Part shown: piece by piece, positions 23,337 to 35,984 of the stretch
Layout of the letters: every line of letters starts with the position of its first letter
Position numbering within the stretch: the stretch's first letter is position 1
Origin: Camelus ferus
Lineage: Eukaryota
Length of the DNA stretch: 64,000 nt
NCBI RefSeq assembly: GCF_009834535.1
Contig: NC_045697.1
Span: forward strand, 6,760,001-6,824,000
Direction of reading: 5' to 3'
Translations under genes and position numbers: made by a program
The notes under the pieces: generated by a model
What the model was told of the DNA's origin: nothing
Databases searched by the model: none
What the model saw: the letters and a program-made list of their open reading frames with translations, nothing else

Positions 23337-26299
23337 ACAGTCAGCTCAGGGTCAAGCACAGGGTGTGGCTAAATTCAGCTAAAATGGATGAGACTGGGCT
23401 TGGCTGGCTGGGCTGTCAGGGGTGGAGCAAAAGTTTATGGGCCAATCGCAGCCAGCCAGCACAGAAGGAGCTGTTCCTAGCGTGTGATGCAAAGGGGTCA
23501 AACCAAGTCAGTTATATGGAGGCTGCTCTAGTGCTGGCAACCAAAGATCCCAGTGGGAGATGATGTCCTGGGTTATAATATTCTCCAGGGCACCCCCTTT
23601 GTTCTAGATCTTTTTGACAACAAGGGCTAGCCCAGGCCTGATCCAAAGCTAACTCTCAAAAGCCATCTCTTGAATGAATGCATGGACATGGGGAGGTTCT
23701 TAAGTGTGTGTGTGGGGGTTAAAATCTGGAAAAGGGAAGCCAAGGTTGAGTTTAGATGGATGAGGCCATGTCCAGCAATGAACTCTAATTAAGCAGGAGG
23801 AAAAGTGTGTATCAAGGAGAGAGACCATGAGTATGACTGAATGGCAGTAGATATGATGCTGTTTCACAGTGTTCCCTCTTTTGCTCCTCCTTCGAGCCTC
23901 CCTTCTTGTCCCTACAGTGAGGACTCCAGCACCTGGCCCATAGTTTTCTCATGAGCACTAAATAGGTAATAATAGTTGCTCTCAATACCCTATTACTTGT
24001 CTTTAATCCTATCTCTGTTTTTTTTTTTTTTTTTGACTCTGGGCAGGCCCTTTACCATCTCCACACTTCACTTGTGCCATGTGTAAAACATAGCTATTAA
24101 AAGCACCTACCCCAGAGGTGCTGGAAGATTGAATATTTCATGTCAAGTGCTTGGCATTACACTTGATACTTAGTAAGTGCTCAGTAAGTGACATCATTAT
24201 CATCATTATTCTGATCATCATCATTAACAAGATACCTAACCCTAGAGGAATTGACAGAGGTCAACTCCGTTTTTTTTTTCTCCCATTTCTTTTCACCCAG
24301 GACAAGCCAGTAAGGTTTCTGTTTCACAGAATGTGATACCAACTTGCAGAAGAACTGAGGAAATCCACAGGACACATTTACCTCTCGACTTGGCACAGGA
24401 TAGATATGGAAGAAAACAGACTAATGAACTCCAGCCTTAGTAGTAGTAGTTGTCAGTGCTTCTAATACCAAATGCAATGCTCTTCCCTTTATAGTATGTC
24501 CTGAAATGATTCCAGCTTGAAATATGCCATGGTGTTGAGAGAAAGTCTGTCCTTCATGTTCCTTTCTGAAACCTGGCTTCCGTAACCACAAGATCCAGCG
24601 TCCAAGCAGGCTAAGCTGCTTCAGATCTGAACTCCAGTGCTCCTCAGAGGAAAGGAAGAAAATGAACTTGCTTTTGTTTGAAAACAGGTTTTGTTCCCAT
24701 CAAAGGGAAAGCACACGTACGCACACTCACACACATGAAAAACGCACACGCACACACCCATGCACACGTCCACAGACAGTAGAACAACAGTGGACAGGCT
24801 GGCCAGCCTGACAGTTTAGCAAACAGACTCAAAGGGTGAGATGAAAAGGAAACAGTTGGAAGGCACATGAACTTGCAGGGGCCTCTCCTGAACTATTTCA
24901 CTTCTTGTCTAAGAATAGTAATGCTGGGTTGCAGGCACTTTTTGCTTCCTGGGATGGCAAAGCCCTCTCTCTGTAGTTATTCTTAGAGAAGCTGGTTATA
25001 TTGACTAAAGGAAGCTTGTTGCTTTGAAAGCACTGAACTGAATATCTAGAAAATTCATTGCCACTAAGAAAGGGGCTCAGATCTGGAGGGCAGGTGCCAA
25101 GAGTCCACATAGATCAAACTACATGTGATGCCTGTGCTTGGTGGAGGTCAGGGTGTGACGGTATCAGTGTGAGGAGATTTGGGGTCTGCCTCTCACTAGT
25201 TCTGTGGGTTTGGGCAAACCACTCCCAATCCCTACATAAAAAGAAATTTTTGAACACCCGGTATGTAGTAATTCTTGAAAAACACTTAGCACATTTCCCA
25301 ACACATGGCAAAAATCATACATGATATGGGGCTGCATTACTGGGGTCTCACCGTCTTTGAGGAGAGAGAGGCACTGCCCATGTAAACAAGAACAAATACA
25401 ACCAGAGGAATACTTACAAGACACACAAGAAGCAACATAGGGAAAGAGTTGTTCTTTCTTTGGAGAAGTAGGGGAAAGATGAGGGAAAGTTTCTCAAGGA
25501 TGCTAATATCTAAGCTGAGCTAGAAAACATTAGTAAGGGCTCACTGATGTAGGTTTGGGCACTCCAGACAGAAGAAAGGGCCTGTTCACAGCCCAGAGGT
25601 TTGAAAGTATCTGGTCTCTTTGGGGAGCTCCAATGATGAAGTATCACGCTGGGGATAATGCTGGCAAGGAAGTCAGAGCCAAGCCATGACCTTCGACCTC
25701 CCATCCTTTACTCTGTGTGTGGCTCTAAAACTCCCCACTTGCATTTTCTGCTGACCACATCAGTAACTGATCAGGCTTCATCTTGACCTAGCAGGGCAGG
25801 TGCTTACAACCTATTGCCTGGCCTGGAATTGGTGCCAACCGTCTTCATTACCTTTAAAATTGCAGATAGATGACTTTCTGCCTTCCCCCTGCATGAGGTT
25901 GTTCTCATGCAACTGTGGAAGTGGGGATGGGAGTAGGAGACAATACTATCAACCTCCTTCAAGGCCTGACGACCTGCCCTCTGCCTACTTGAGTTAAGTT
26001 CAGTTGCCCCTTCTTTCTGACAGCAGTTACCCCAATGGCCACATGCTTGCTGTCTCTCAATCCCTGTCCTCTGCTTTCTGATTGAACACCTGAGAATGTC
26101 CTCTTCCTCTCAGTTGTCTAATTTCTATCCAAGTTTCCATTTAAAATTTTATTTTTAATTTAAAAATATTGATATAGAAAGAATACAAAAGTGTATGCAA
26201 TAAATATGAACAACTAAAAAATGACAACATGAAAATTGATATAATCATAATGCAGCTATATTAAGATACAGAATACTATCTAAGTCTTAGAAGCCATTC

Positions 26300-27375
26300 G
26301 GAGGAAGCCACGAATGTATGGTCACCAATTATACCTGAATATTGTGCTGGTGGTTCTGACCAGCATGGAAGGCGAGACAGTGAAACAAATGTATAAGGAT
26401 TGGAAAGGAAGAAACAAAACTTTTATTACTAACACATAAGATACGATTCCCTATGTAGAAAATCTTTTAAAAATCAAAAAAGATTAATTATTAGAATTTT
26501 TTAAAAGCAAGTTTTCTGAATATAAAATCAATATGCCAAAGTGAGTTGAATTCCACATACAGAGTTTGAAGCTATAACTTTAAAACCTGAAATTCATAAC
26601 AGTCAAATGCACACACATACCCCATCTATACCTATCTGCCTACCTACCTATTTATCTACTTACCTATCTATTTAAGCACATAAAACACCTAGGAAAAGTC
26701 CAATAAAATTCATACAAGCTCGTTATGGTGAAAATTACAAAAATCTCTTGAAAGATATTAAAGACCTAACAGAATGAACAGAGAGACTCGATATTATAAA
26801 GATGTCAGACCTCTTCCCAAATTGAGCTATAGACATAATGCAATTCCAATGAAGAGGTCAATAAGGTATTCTATAGACCTTGACAAGCTAAAATCCAAAA
26901 CTCTAATTGGAAGTGTTCATGTCAATAATAGTCAAGATGAAGAAGAAAAATGGGCTGCTTGGCCCTTCCTTTGAAGGCATCATGAACTACTGTAAAGCTA
27001 GAGTATTATGTGACAGCTATATTAGGCATAGACAAACGGACAAAGATGAGAATACTCACCAACAGCCCAGACAGATATGGAAACCTGATTTATGGGAAAG
27101 CTGGTCCTGCAAATCAGTCGGGAAAGGAGAGACTTTTCAAAAAATGGTGCCAAGACTCTGGGTTATCAATATGAGGGAAATAAATGAACCCCTAAATCAC
27201 CCAATGCATGAAAATCAATTCCAGGTAGATTGAAGACTTGAATATGAAACACAAAACTATAAAACATTTAGACGACGTTGGAACAATTCTGTAAGCTCCT
27301 AGGGCTAGAACAGACGTCTGAAACAAGACCAAAATGTGCAAACGAAGGCAATGACACAAGTGACTGACAGCACTA
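26300..27375 (+). mobile_element. Old L1M ORF2 (RT and downstream) fragment
   Basis: A-rich; tataaggattggaaaggaagaaacaaaact, gaatataaaatcaatat, LPKLSYRHNAIP-like frame, aaaatcaattccaggtagattgaagacttgaatatgaaa. Confidence 0.8.
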
Positions 27376-27499
27376 GAGTTTTGCAATTTGAGAACTGTAT
27401 GGACCCCACCACTCCCTCGGCAAGCGAGTGACTCCTAGGAGACAGGCTGGGAGCCACCTAACCTGGGTCCTGTACGTGGAGACTGTGAAAGCTATTATG

Positions 27500-28775
27500 C
27501 TTGTGTTACAAAGCAATTAATCCATACTTATGAAGGATTACACAGAGAAATAGTTTGGCAGTTTGTACAGACATTAAATGAAGGTATTTTAGTTGCATAA
27601 GATGAGGACGAACATTATATTCTTCTTGGGTCTACAACTATTTACAAAAAAATTGAATTAACACAGAAGACCAGTTGAATTTAGATTGTATCACAGTGTT
27701 GATATTTACAAGTTCCTGCACTGGCACTCACACTATTGATCTACCTAATATACATGTAAATGTATCAATTACCTCATCAAAACTGATCTTTGAACACTTA
27801 CGTTCCACACCCAGTACAGTTAGATTTGTGTATCTTTGCTTGTAGTTGAAAGCATATTTTCTATTAATTTTAATTTTTGAAAATTTACTTCACAGGCAAT
27901 AGTTGATATAAACAAATGGGAAAAATCTCAAAGGTAAGGCTAAATTTGGCAAAAATTTATCAATAATAAATTCTAGAAATTGCAATACTGTCTGTGTCTA
28001 TTGGAATTGATTTTAATAGCTTTCAAATATTTCTGCAGGCAAAATTTTTCCACTGAAATAACTTCACCTGATAATTTATTATAAATTTCAGTATATTTGA
28101 TAAAGACTTTCAAAGATGTTCTTCTGCAAATATCAGAGAAATGACTGAATGATAGAAGACCCTGAGATCATTTCGTCCATTGCTTTAGAAGGAGTGTCAG
28201 GTCTTGGTAAAAATGATGGAGGCATTCAAACATTGCTTTTTACATTTCTTCTGGTATTAGACCAGCCAGCAGCATCTTTTGTTATTTCTGCTGGCATTCT
28301 TCTTTGAAATTTGACTCTTTTTCCTATATAAATGTTCATAATTTGCAATAATTTTCTACTCTTACCATCATACAAAACTTCACACCAAAAGGAAAAGATA
28401 ACTCAGAAAAGAAAATCTCATACAGCTGTCATTGATTGTTTCAAATCTACTGCTCAAATACAGGCACATGTCTTAAACCACAGAGATACAACATTAAGAA
28501 CTTACTCTCTTAACAAACGCATGTAATTGAGCTTGTGGTTTGGGGTGTTCACTGTACAAATGGGAGTTCTTCAAATTAACTCCCATGTAAATTTGTTTTT
28601 TATTTATTGAAGGATAGCAAATAAAAATGTCTTGCTATGAAACTTACATCTACATTATTAAAATCCAGCACTAGACACAACAATTTTTAGAACTTAGATC
28701 AACAAAAGACCTTTTCAAGGAGTATTTTATCACTAACCTTGTAGAGTTGCTGGCATTTGGTAATATGAAAAAACA
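27500..28775 (-). mobile_element. Zaphod-like hAT-Tip100 DNA transposon fossil (transposase C-terminal half)
   Basis: Minus-strand translation 27952 to 27758 across frameshifts: LPNLALPLRFF / IACEVNFQKLKLIENMLSTT / TNLTVLGVERKCSKISFDEVIDTF, matching the hAT C-terminal dimerisation motif (FPNL...ASCERSFSKLKLIK.LRSTM...L.NLAILSIE...FDEVIDKF). Boundaries approximate. Confidence 0.8.
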
Positions 28776-28784
28776 AATGGTGGC

Positions 28785-29191
28785 AGGACCAAGAGATTAT
28801 CATACTAAGTGAAGTAATTCAGACAGAGAAAGACATATCATATGATATCACTTATATGTGGAATCTAAGAAAATGATACAAATGAACTTATTTACAAAAC
28901 AGAAACAGACTCACAGATATAGAAAACATATTTATGGTTACCAAAGGGGAATGTGGGGGGGTGATAAATTAGGAGTTTGGATTAACAGATACACATTATT
29001 ATATATAAAATAGATAAACAACAAGGACCTACTGTATAGCAGAGGGAACTATGTTCAATATCTTGTAATAATCTATAATGGAAAGGAATCTGAAAAATAA
29101 TATATATGTATATGTATAACTGAAACACTTTGTTGTACACCTGAAACTAACACAACATTGTAAATCAACTATATTTCAATTTTTAAAAAAA
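28785..29191 (+). mobile_element. L1 3'UTR, cetartiodactyl L1_Art-like
   Basis: gagattatcatactaagtgaagta...aatagataaacaacaaggacctactgtatagc...ttgtacacctgaaactaacacaacattgtaaatcaactata. Confidence 0.9.
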
Positions 29192-30889
29192 TCAAACAGA
29201 CTTTAGTTAGTATCTTTATTATTATACATTCTCCATATTTAATACATCACTTTATTTCTTGCCCTTTGATGGATCACTCGCACTGCCTACACTGGGTTCA
29301 CCAGGCTAGATAACATTAAACAAAATAACCTTAAGATATACAGATATTTATATATTGAATGTTTAGCTATTTAATTCTACATAGGTCATGAATCTTTCAG
29401 TTAAAGCCTTGTTTTGGAATTCTTCCCTTCTAGTGATATTGAACTAAAAGCAGAATGTCAACTTGGCCACCTCAAAATTTCACAAGAGATGAAAAAGTCC
29501 ACAATTATTTGTAACAACCGTGATAAATCATTTTCAACTTAAACATAAAAAGGACACAAAGTGTAAAGAAAAGAAGAGAGTGGGTTTTGTGTTTTGTTTG
29601 GTTTTGTTGTTGTTGTTTTAAAGAAGTACCACAAAGGTCTGGCTGCCCCGCTGACTTCAGTAGAAGGCTGTCATGTTTTCAGCACAGCCCTGGGGCTCTG
29701 CAGATTCCCACAAGGAGCAGTTGTCTTTGTTCTCACTCACCCCTCAGATTTTTCACTTTCACCTCTGCTTTTGACCTCTACAAATGCCCTACTTTCTTGC
29801 CAACTGAGACAGTGATTAAAACTATTTTCAAAATATTCTCTGTCTTATTTAGCTTTTAAGCTGTTGGCATTTGAAGAGTCATTCAGGGTATCTAATCAGC
29901 CATCCCTTTGGACATCGACAGCTTCTCAAGAAGGTTTTTTTTTTTTTTTTTTTCACTTCCTCCAGCATGACTCTCTCCCTAACTAGATCTTATCATTGTG
30001 GTTTATGCTCTCATAGCTTTGGGTACTTCCCCTTTCATAACAGGTCCTCATAATACTTGTCTCTCTTCCTCAACCAACCATCAGCTTCCTGAAGCATCTC
30101 TGCATGATTTCTGTAATAGCCTCACCCAAGTACACTATAGGTGTCCCTTTCTTTCTTTCCTTACTCAATTCTTTCTCAGTTTTTCCTTTCTTTATTCATT
30201 CCTTCAACAAATATTTAATGAGAGCCTACTGATCTATTTAAATAAGCAGATGAAATACAATTTCCTGTGTTATGGTATAAGAATTAGAGGGTGAAATGGA
30301 TGGAGGGTGGTTATACTTAAGCTAGACTTGAGAAATTTAGGAAACACCCACCAAAGAATTTACAAGTTTCTCACAGCAATTATCCATGCATTAACACCCC
30401 CTTTTCTACCTTTCTCCCTTCTCTGTCTCACTGGCCCTATTCTCCCCCTTACACTCCCTGGAATCATCTCCCAAGGAAACCACCTGCACCAAACCCTTGC
30501 CTCAGGCTCTGCTTTTAAAGGAAGCTAAACAGGGACACTGATGAACCATCATTTCAGTCTTCCTCTGTCTCTCTCTCTGTAGTGTGATTTTTAGTTTCAG
30601 AGCCTGTTGTTAACTCCTCATTTTCACCAAACTTTTAAAAATAAACTTCTGAGCAAGAATCTTATTTCCCCTGGTCCTCTTCTCTAGACCAGACTCTTCT
30701 TTCAATCATCAGAAGCCTATAGATTGGCTATTTCAGAGTAAGGCACATGCACCCACTTAGTCCAATCCATTTTGCTTAGCTGCATAGGGCACAGAAGATT
30801 GTCCTCAACAGAATCTACTGACAGAGAAATGAGCATGACAGACACTCTGAAAATGAAGCATGGGTTGAATTCTTTCAATTCTTTCAATG

Positions 30890-31040
30890 CATAGGAGGTG
30901 CACTGTTCCCACTATCAGATGAGAAAACTGAGGCTCAAAGAGGTTAAGTGATCAGCTCAAGATTTCACATACATTAATGGTGATGTCTGAGCTTACATCC
31001 AAAACTTTCTAACCCCAGAGTTCTTTTTATTACAACACAG
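30890..31040 (-). mobile_element. MIR SINE
   Basis: cagatgagaaaactgaggctcaaagaggttaagtgatcagctcaagatttcaca. Confidence 0.8.
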
Positions 31041-31191
31041 TGTACCTCCAGCATGAATAGCTGAGAGTCAGTAGATGATAGTAAAACCAATATGCCCCTT
31101 TAAATTTAATTATAATATGTGAAATAGTAAATTATTTCCTGAAGTGAGCTCATGTCTGTCCTTTACCTTTTTTGTTTATTTTGAAAGCATA

Positions 31192-31335
31192 TCAAGATTT
31201 TGTGGTAGCTCACAGTGAAAAAGAATGTGACAATGAATATATGTATGTTCATGTATAACTGAAATATTGTGCTCTAAACTGGAAATTGACACAACATTGT
31301 AAACTGACTATAACTCAATAAAAATGTTATAAAAA
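31192..31335 (+). mobile_element. L1 extreme 3' end (cluster element a)
   Basis: gtggtagctcacagtgaaaaagaatgtgacaatg...aaactgactataactcaataaaaatgtt. Confidence 0.9.
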
Positions 31336-31387
31336 TTGCAACAATTCTACCTAATAAAACTGGAGAATGAAAAAAAGAAGGTTTCTT

Positions 31388-31563
31388 CTGTACAGAACAG
31401 GAAATGATACTCAATATCTTGTTAATAACCTTTAATGAAAAAGAATATGAAAACAAATACATGTACGTATATGCATGACTAGGACATTGTGCTGCACACC
31501 AGCAATTGACACATTGTAACTGACTGTACTTCAATAAAAAAAATTTAAAAGAATTAAAAAAAA
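31388..31563 (+). mobile_element. L1 extreme 3' end, different subfamily (cluster element b)
   Basis: ctcaatatcttgttaataacctttaatgaaaaagaatatgaaaac...gtaactgactgtacttcaataaaaaa. Confidence 0.9.
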
Positions 31564-32070
31564 CCACAGATGACTGGATAAAGAAGATGTGGTATATTTA
31601 TACAATGGAATACTATTCAGCCATAAAAATGACAGCATAACACCATTTGCAGCAACATGGATGTCCCTGGAGAATGTCATTCTAAGTAAAGTAAGCCAGA
31701 AAGAGAAAGAAAAATACCATATGAGATCGCTTATATGTGGAATTAAAAAAAATGAACATAAATACAAAACAGAAACAGATTCACAGACATAGAATACAAA
31801 ATTGTGGTTGCCAAGGGGGTGGTGGATAGGAAGGAACAGACTGGGATTTCAAAATTTGTAGATACTGACAGGCATATGTAGACTAGATAAACAAGATTAT
31901 ACTGTATAGCACAGGAAAATATATACAAGATCTTGTGGTAGCTCACAGCAAAAAAAAATATGACAATGAATATATGTACTTTCATGTACAGCTGAAAAAT
32001 TGTGCTCTACACTGGAATTTGACACAACATTGTAAAATGACTATAACTCAATAAAAAAATGCTAAAAATA
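31564..32070 (+). mobile_element. Young L1 3' end (cluster element c)
   Basis: ORF2 end (PFAATWMSLENVILSKVSQKEKEKYHMRSLICGI) plus complete 3'UTR and AATAAA. Confidence 0.95.
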
Positions 32071-32519
32071 ATGAATGAAAAAACAGAGAAAAGCCAAAAG
32101 ATACAAGCAATATATTACAACTTTGTAGAGGAAACAGAAAGGTTGGGGGCTAAGTGCTGCATAGGGGATAGTTTTCCTTAAAGTAAAAAACTCACAGGTA
32201 ATTGTTGGCATAGTTGGGATCTTAACAGGAGATATTATAGTTGGAAAAACCTGTAAATCCAAAGCCTCTCTCACTCTAAGAGGACATTTCATCACATCAC
32301 TATGAGAGCTCATAAGCAGAAAAACGTATTTGTATGGTTCCCTGTTGGCCAAATATCTATTTTTTGCTATGTGAAGCAATGGCCCTTCAAAAATACACAC
32401 AGTACTTGGCAGGACATTTATTGTTCTAAGTGAAAAGGGAATGTGTTGTCTCAACGTAAAAGGAGACCCCAGTAGAGTAGCTAAAACTCAAATTTGTCTC
32501 CAGTCAGGATCAAATAACA

Positions 32520-32900
32520 CCACCAAGATTCAGCTCTTCTGTATTTTAGCTGTGACTTTGATGGGTAGGACTTTGTTCTCTGTCAGATAGAAGTAGCCAT
32601 TTTGGTCCCCACCTCCTCTCAGGTTCCACGCCTACAGAATCAGAACAAAAGTTTACTTCCTAGGAGACTCAGCACAAATCTCACTGAATACCATTGATTC
32701 TGAGGTGATGACTTGCTCATCCCTGAACCAATCACTGTGATGAAAGGAACTGGACTGCCTGATTGGTTGGGCCTGATTCCCTGGCTTGGGCACAGTGTTA
32801 GACTTACCTAAAACACTCTGATGAAGAGTGACAGCGGATTGGAAGCCCTAACAAAATCAAGGTCCTTTTATCACAAGAAAAGAGAATAAACTTTGGATGA
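32520..32900 (-). mobile_element. Old MLT1J/K-like LTR
   Basis: ttgctcatccctgaaccaatcactgtg...gattggttgggcctg...aaaatcaaggtccttttatcacaagaaaagagaat. Confidence 0.6.
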
Positions 32901-33267
32901 CCTAAGTACATGCACACACACACACATACAGCAAACATCCCTTACACACCCTACGTTGTCCTCATAAAGAGAGCTGTGGTCCTAATGCTCTGAGATGCAA
33001 AGAAGTTCAGAAGCTGGTTGGACTTCAGCTATTCTCAGGTGTTAAAACTAGTGAATGGGTTGACAGGTCCTGTAAATGGAATTTAAAAAGCCAAGGATTC
33101 AACCAATCAAGGCAAATCTCGATTATTCTTTTAATGTCATTCTGGCAAACTCCTACTCATTCCCCAATCCTGGTTTATTTTCTACCTTCTCTGTGAAGAA
33201 TTCCCTCATCCTCCAGTCAAGTTTCTTTCCTGTCATAACTACAGTGGTTGTTTATAGTTCTACAAAG

Positions 33268-34947
33268 AAGTTATTATATAATGAAAAAAGTTCAAGTCAA
33301 CAGGAAGGTGTAACAATTATAAATAAATATGTATATATCATTAGAGCACCTAAATATGCAAAGCAAATATTGACAGATCTGAAGAGAGGAACTGACAGAA
33401 ATACAATAACAATAGGAGACTTCAATATTTCACTTTCAACAATGGTTAGAACACCTAGAGAGAAAGTTAATAAAAGGTGAACTTGAACAATGCTATAGAT
33501 CAAATGAACACAATAGACATATTCAGAACTTTCCACTTAACAGCAGAATACCAGCATATTTCAGAAATATTGCAGGTTTGGTTCCAGATCATCACAATAA
33601 AACAAATATTGCAATAAAGTGTGTCACAAGAATTTTGGTTTCCCAATGCATATAAAAATTGCATTTATACTATATTGTCATCAGTTAGGTGTTCAATAAT
33701 ATTATTTCTAAAAAAACAATGTGTATACTTTAATTAAAAATACTTTGTTGCTAAAAAATGCTAACCATCATCTGAAACTTGAGTGAGTCATAATATTTTT
33801 CTGGTGGAAAATTTTAGTTCAGTGTTGATGGCTGCTGTGTGATCAGGATGGGGTGACTGTGGCAATTTCTTAAACTAAGACACCAAAAAAATTTGCTGCA
33901 TCAATTGAGTCTTCCTTTCATTTGAACACTTAGAGGCCATTGTAGGGTTGGGATTATTAATTGGCCTAATTTCAGTATTGTTGTGTATCAGGTAATAGAG
34001 AGGTCTTGGCAAAGAGAGATATAGAGGAATGGCTGGTTGGCGGAGCAGTCGGTGGAGCAGTCACAACACACACAGCACTTCTCAATTAACTTCAGTGTCT
34101 TAGATGGTGTCTTGTGGCACCCCAAAACAATGATAACGGTAACATCAAAGACCACTGATCACAGATCGCCGTAAGAGATATAATAATAATGACAATATTT
34201 GAAGCATTGCTAGAATTACCAAAATGGGACATCGAGACACTAAGTAAGCACATGCTGTTGGAAAAATGATGCCAATAGACCTGCTCAATGTAGGGTTGCC
34301 ACAAACCATCAATTTCTAAAAAAAAAATACAGTATCTGTGAAGAGCAATAAAATAAGATGTGCCTGTACACACTCTTCTCGAGAACACATGGAACATGCT
34401 TTAGTATAGGTGACATATTAGGTCACAAAACAAGTCTTAACAAATTTAGGAGGATCAAGATCGTACCAAGTACCTTTTTTTTTTTTTTGACAGCAATTGA
34501 ATGAAACTGGAAGTCTAGAATAACAGTAAGAAAATAGGAAAGTTCATAAATATGTGGAAACTAAACAACACATTCCTGAACAACCAGTGGGTCAAAGAGG
34601 AAACTTTTTAACAGGGACATTAAGAAATACCTCAAGACAACTGAAAATGAAAACACAACTTTCCAAAACTTAAGGGATTCAGTTAAAAAGTATTAAGAGG
34701 GAAGTTTATAGTGAGGAACATCTACAGTTAAAAACAAGAAAGATCTCAAATAAATAACCTAATTTTACACCTCAAGGAACCAGAAAAAGAGGAACAAACT
34801 AAGCCCAAAATTAGCAGAAGAAAGGAAATAATAAAGGCTAGGGCATAAATAAGTGAAAGAGAGAATAGAAAGTCAGTTAAAAAAAATCAACTAGACTAAG
34901 AGTTGGTTTATTGAAAAGATAAACAAAATCCACAAACCCTTAGCCAG
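33268..34947 (+). mobile_element. L1M ORF2 internal fragment (endonuclease region), split by Tigger1
   Basis: QQEGVTIIN...APKYAKQILTDLK...NTITIGDFNISLSTM is the L1 APE domain; sequence resumes at 34367 (tacacactcttctc...cacatggaaca...ggtcacaaaacaagtctt). Confidence 0.92.
33551..34366 (-). mobile_element. Internally deleted Tigger1 (TcMar-Tigger; Tigger1a-type non-autonomous derivative)
   Basis: Both Tigger1 ends present (ccagcatatttcagaaatattgcaggtttggttccag ... gcaataaaataagatgtgcctg); TA duplicated at 33549-50 and 34367-68; 816 bp. Confidence 0.92.
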
Positions 34948-35444
34948 TGTTCTGCATGCACTCCTGTTCATTGTCTTATTGATCTCCGTGTGATCACACT
35001 TGGCCAGAGCTGGGTCTGAATGAGCTCTGCACACATGTTTATTAGGTGATTGAGTGAGGGCAATACCCAGCACAGCACCGACACGTACGTACTCACCACA
35101 CCAAACGTACTGAGCATAAATTTCCCTGGAACAAACAGCCTGACGGTTTATTGGTGCAAACCTAATCACATTTATTTCAGTTGTCATACAGTGATGAAAT
35201 AGATACATCAGTAGTCAAACTTCAGACATCTTGTTTACCCAACATTGTCCATCTGTCTCCACAGCTAAAGAGAATGGCTCTGAGAGATTCTCCTTAGAGA
35301 AGTGCATAGGCTGCAGCACACACTTTATTTTGATTTATTTTGCCTTCAGAGACCCATTTTTGGCTGATTTCTTCTTCAGTGAGGCTGCTGATGAGTGTGT
35401 GCAGGATAAAACCAACCCCAGGATTCCCAACCTGAGGTCACATA

Positions 35445-35690
35445 TATAGCACAATGTTTAAAAGCACAGTTATTGTCATCACACAGACCCAGGGTTGAGT
35501 CCTGACATTTCTACACATTAGTAAATGCATGCAGCATTTGTGCCCCTGGGATTGTTACTTGTCATCCTTGAGCTCTAACTTATTTACGTGTAAAGACGGG
35601 AAAATAATCATACCTAAGTCATGTAGTGTCATGAAAATTAAGGAAAACACATTCTTAAAACGTCTAACATGTGCTTAATGGAAGTCACCC
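35445..35690 (+). mobile_element. MIR SINE
   Basis: tagcacaatgtttaaagcacag...cagacccagggttgagtcctgac...tgtaaagacgggaaaataatcatacct. Confidence 0.65.
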
Positions 35691-35984
35691 CTTATTTCAA
35701 TTCTTTCAACAATTGTTAAGCACCTTGTTATATGCCAAGCACTTTGCTAAGTGTTGTTATGAAGCAGAGATGTGTAAGACACACACATGCTTTCTCAAAG
35801 AACTTACAGCCTGGTGGAGAATAAAATATACATTAAAGAAGGAGTGAAGGAAAGAAGGAAGATAGAAATGCAAAACAAAATTAAAAAATAAACTTGAGGA
35901 TGAGTACTAAGTAAATTTTTCTTAGGTTAAATTGAGAACTTGATTCATATGCTCTTTTGCAAGGTTTTTTCTTCCCTTCTTTGT

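Noticed and set aside
23345..23620. GC-box, CCAAT and TATA-like order suggesting a promoter
   Set aside because: Short common motifs, no CpG island, possibly an unrecognised old LTR; not supportable.
33076..33480. 134-aa ORF with endonuclease-like motif GDFN
   Set aside because: Chance upstream frame fused to a decayed L1 endonuclease; stops early and the L1 is interrupted by Tigger1.
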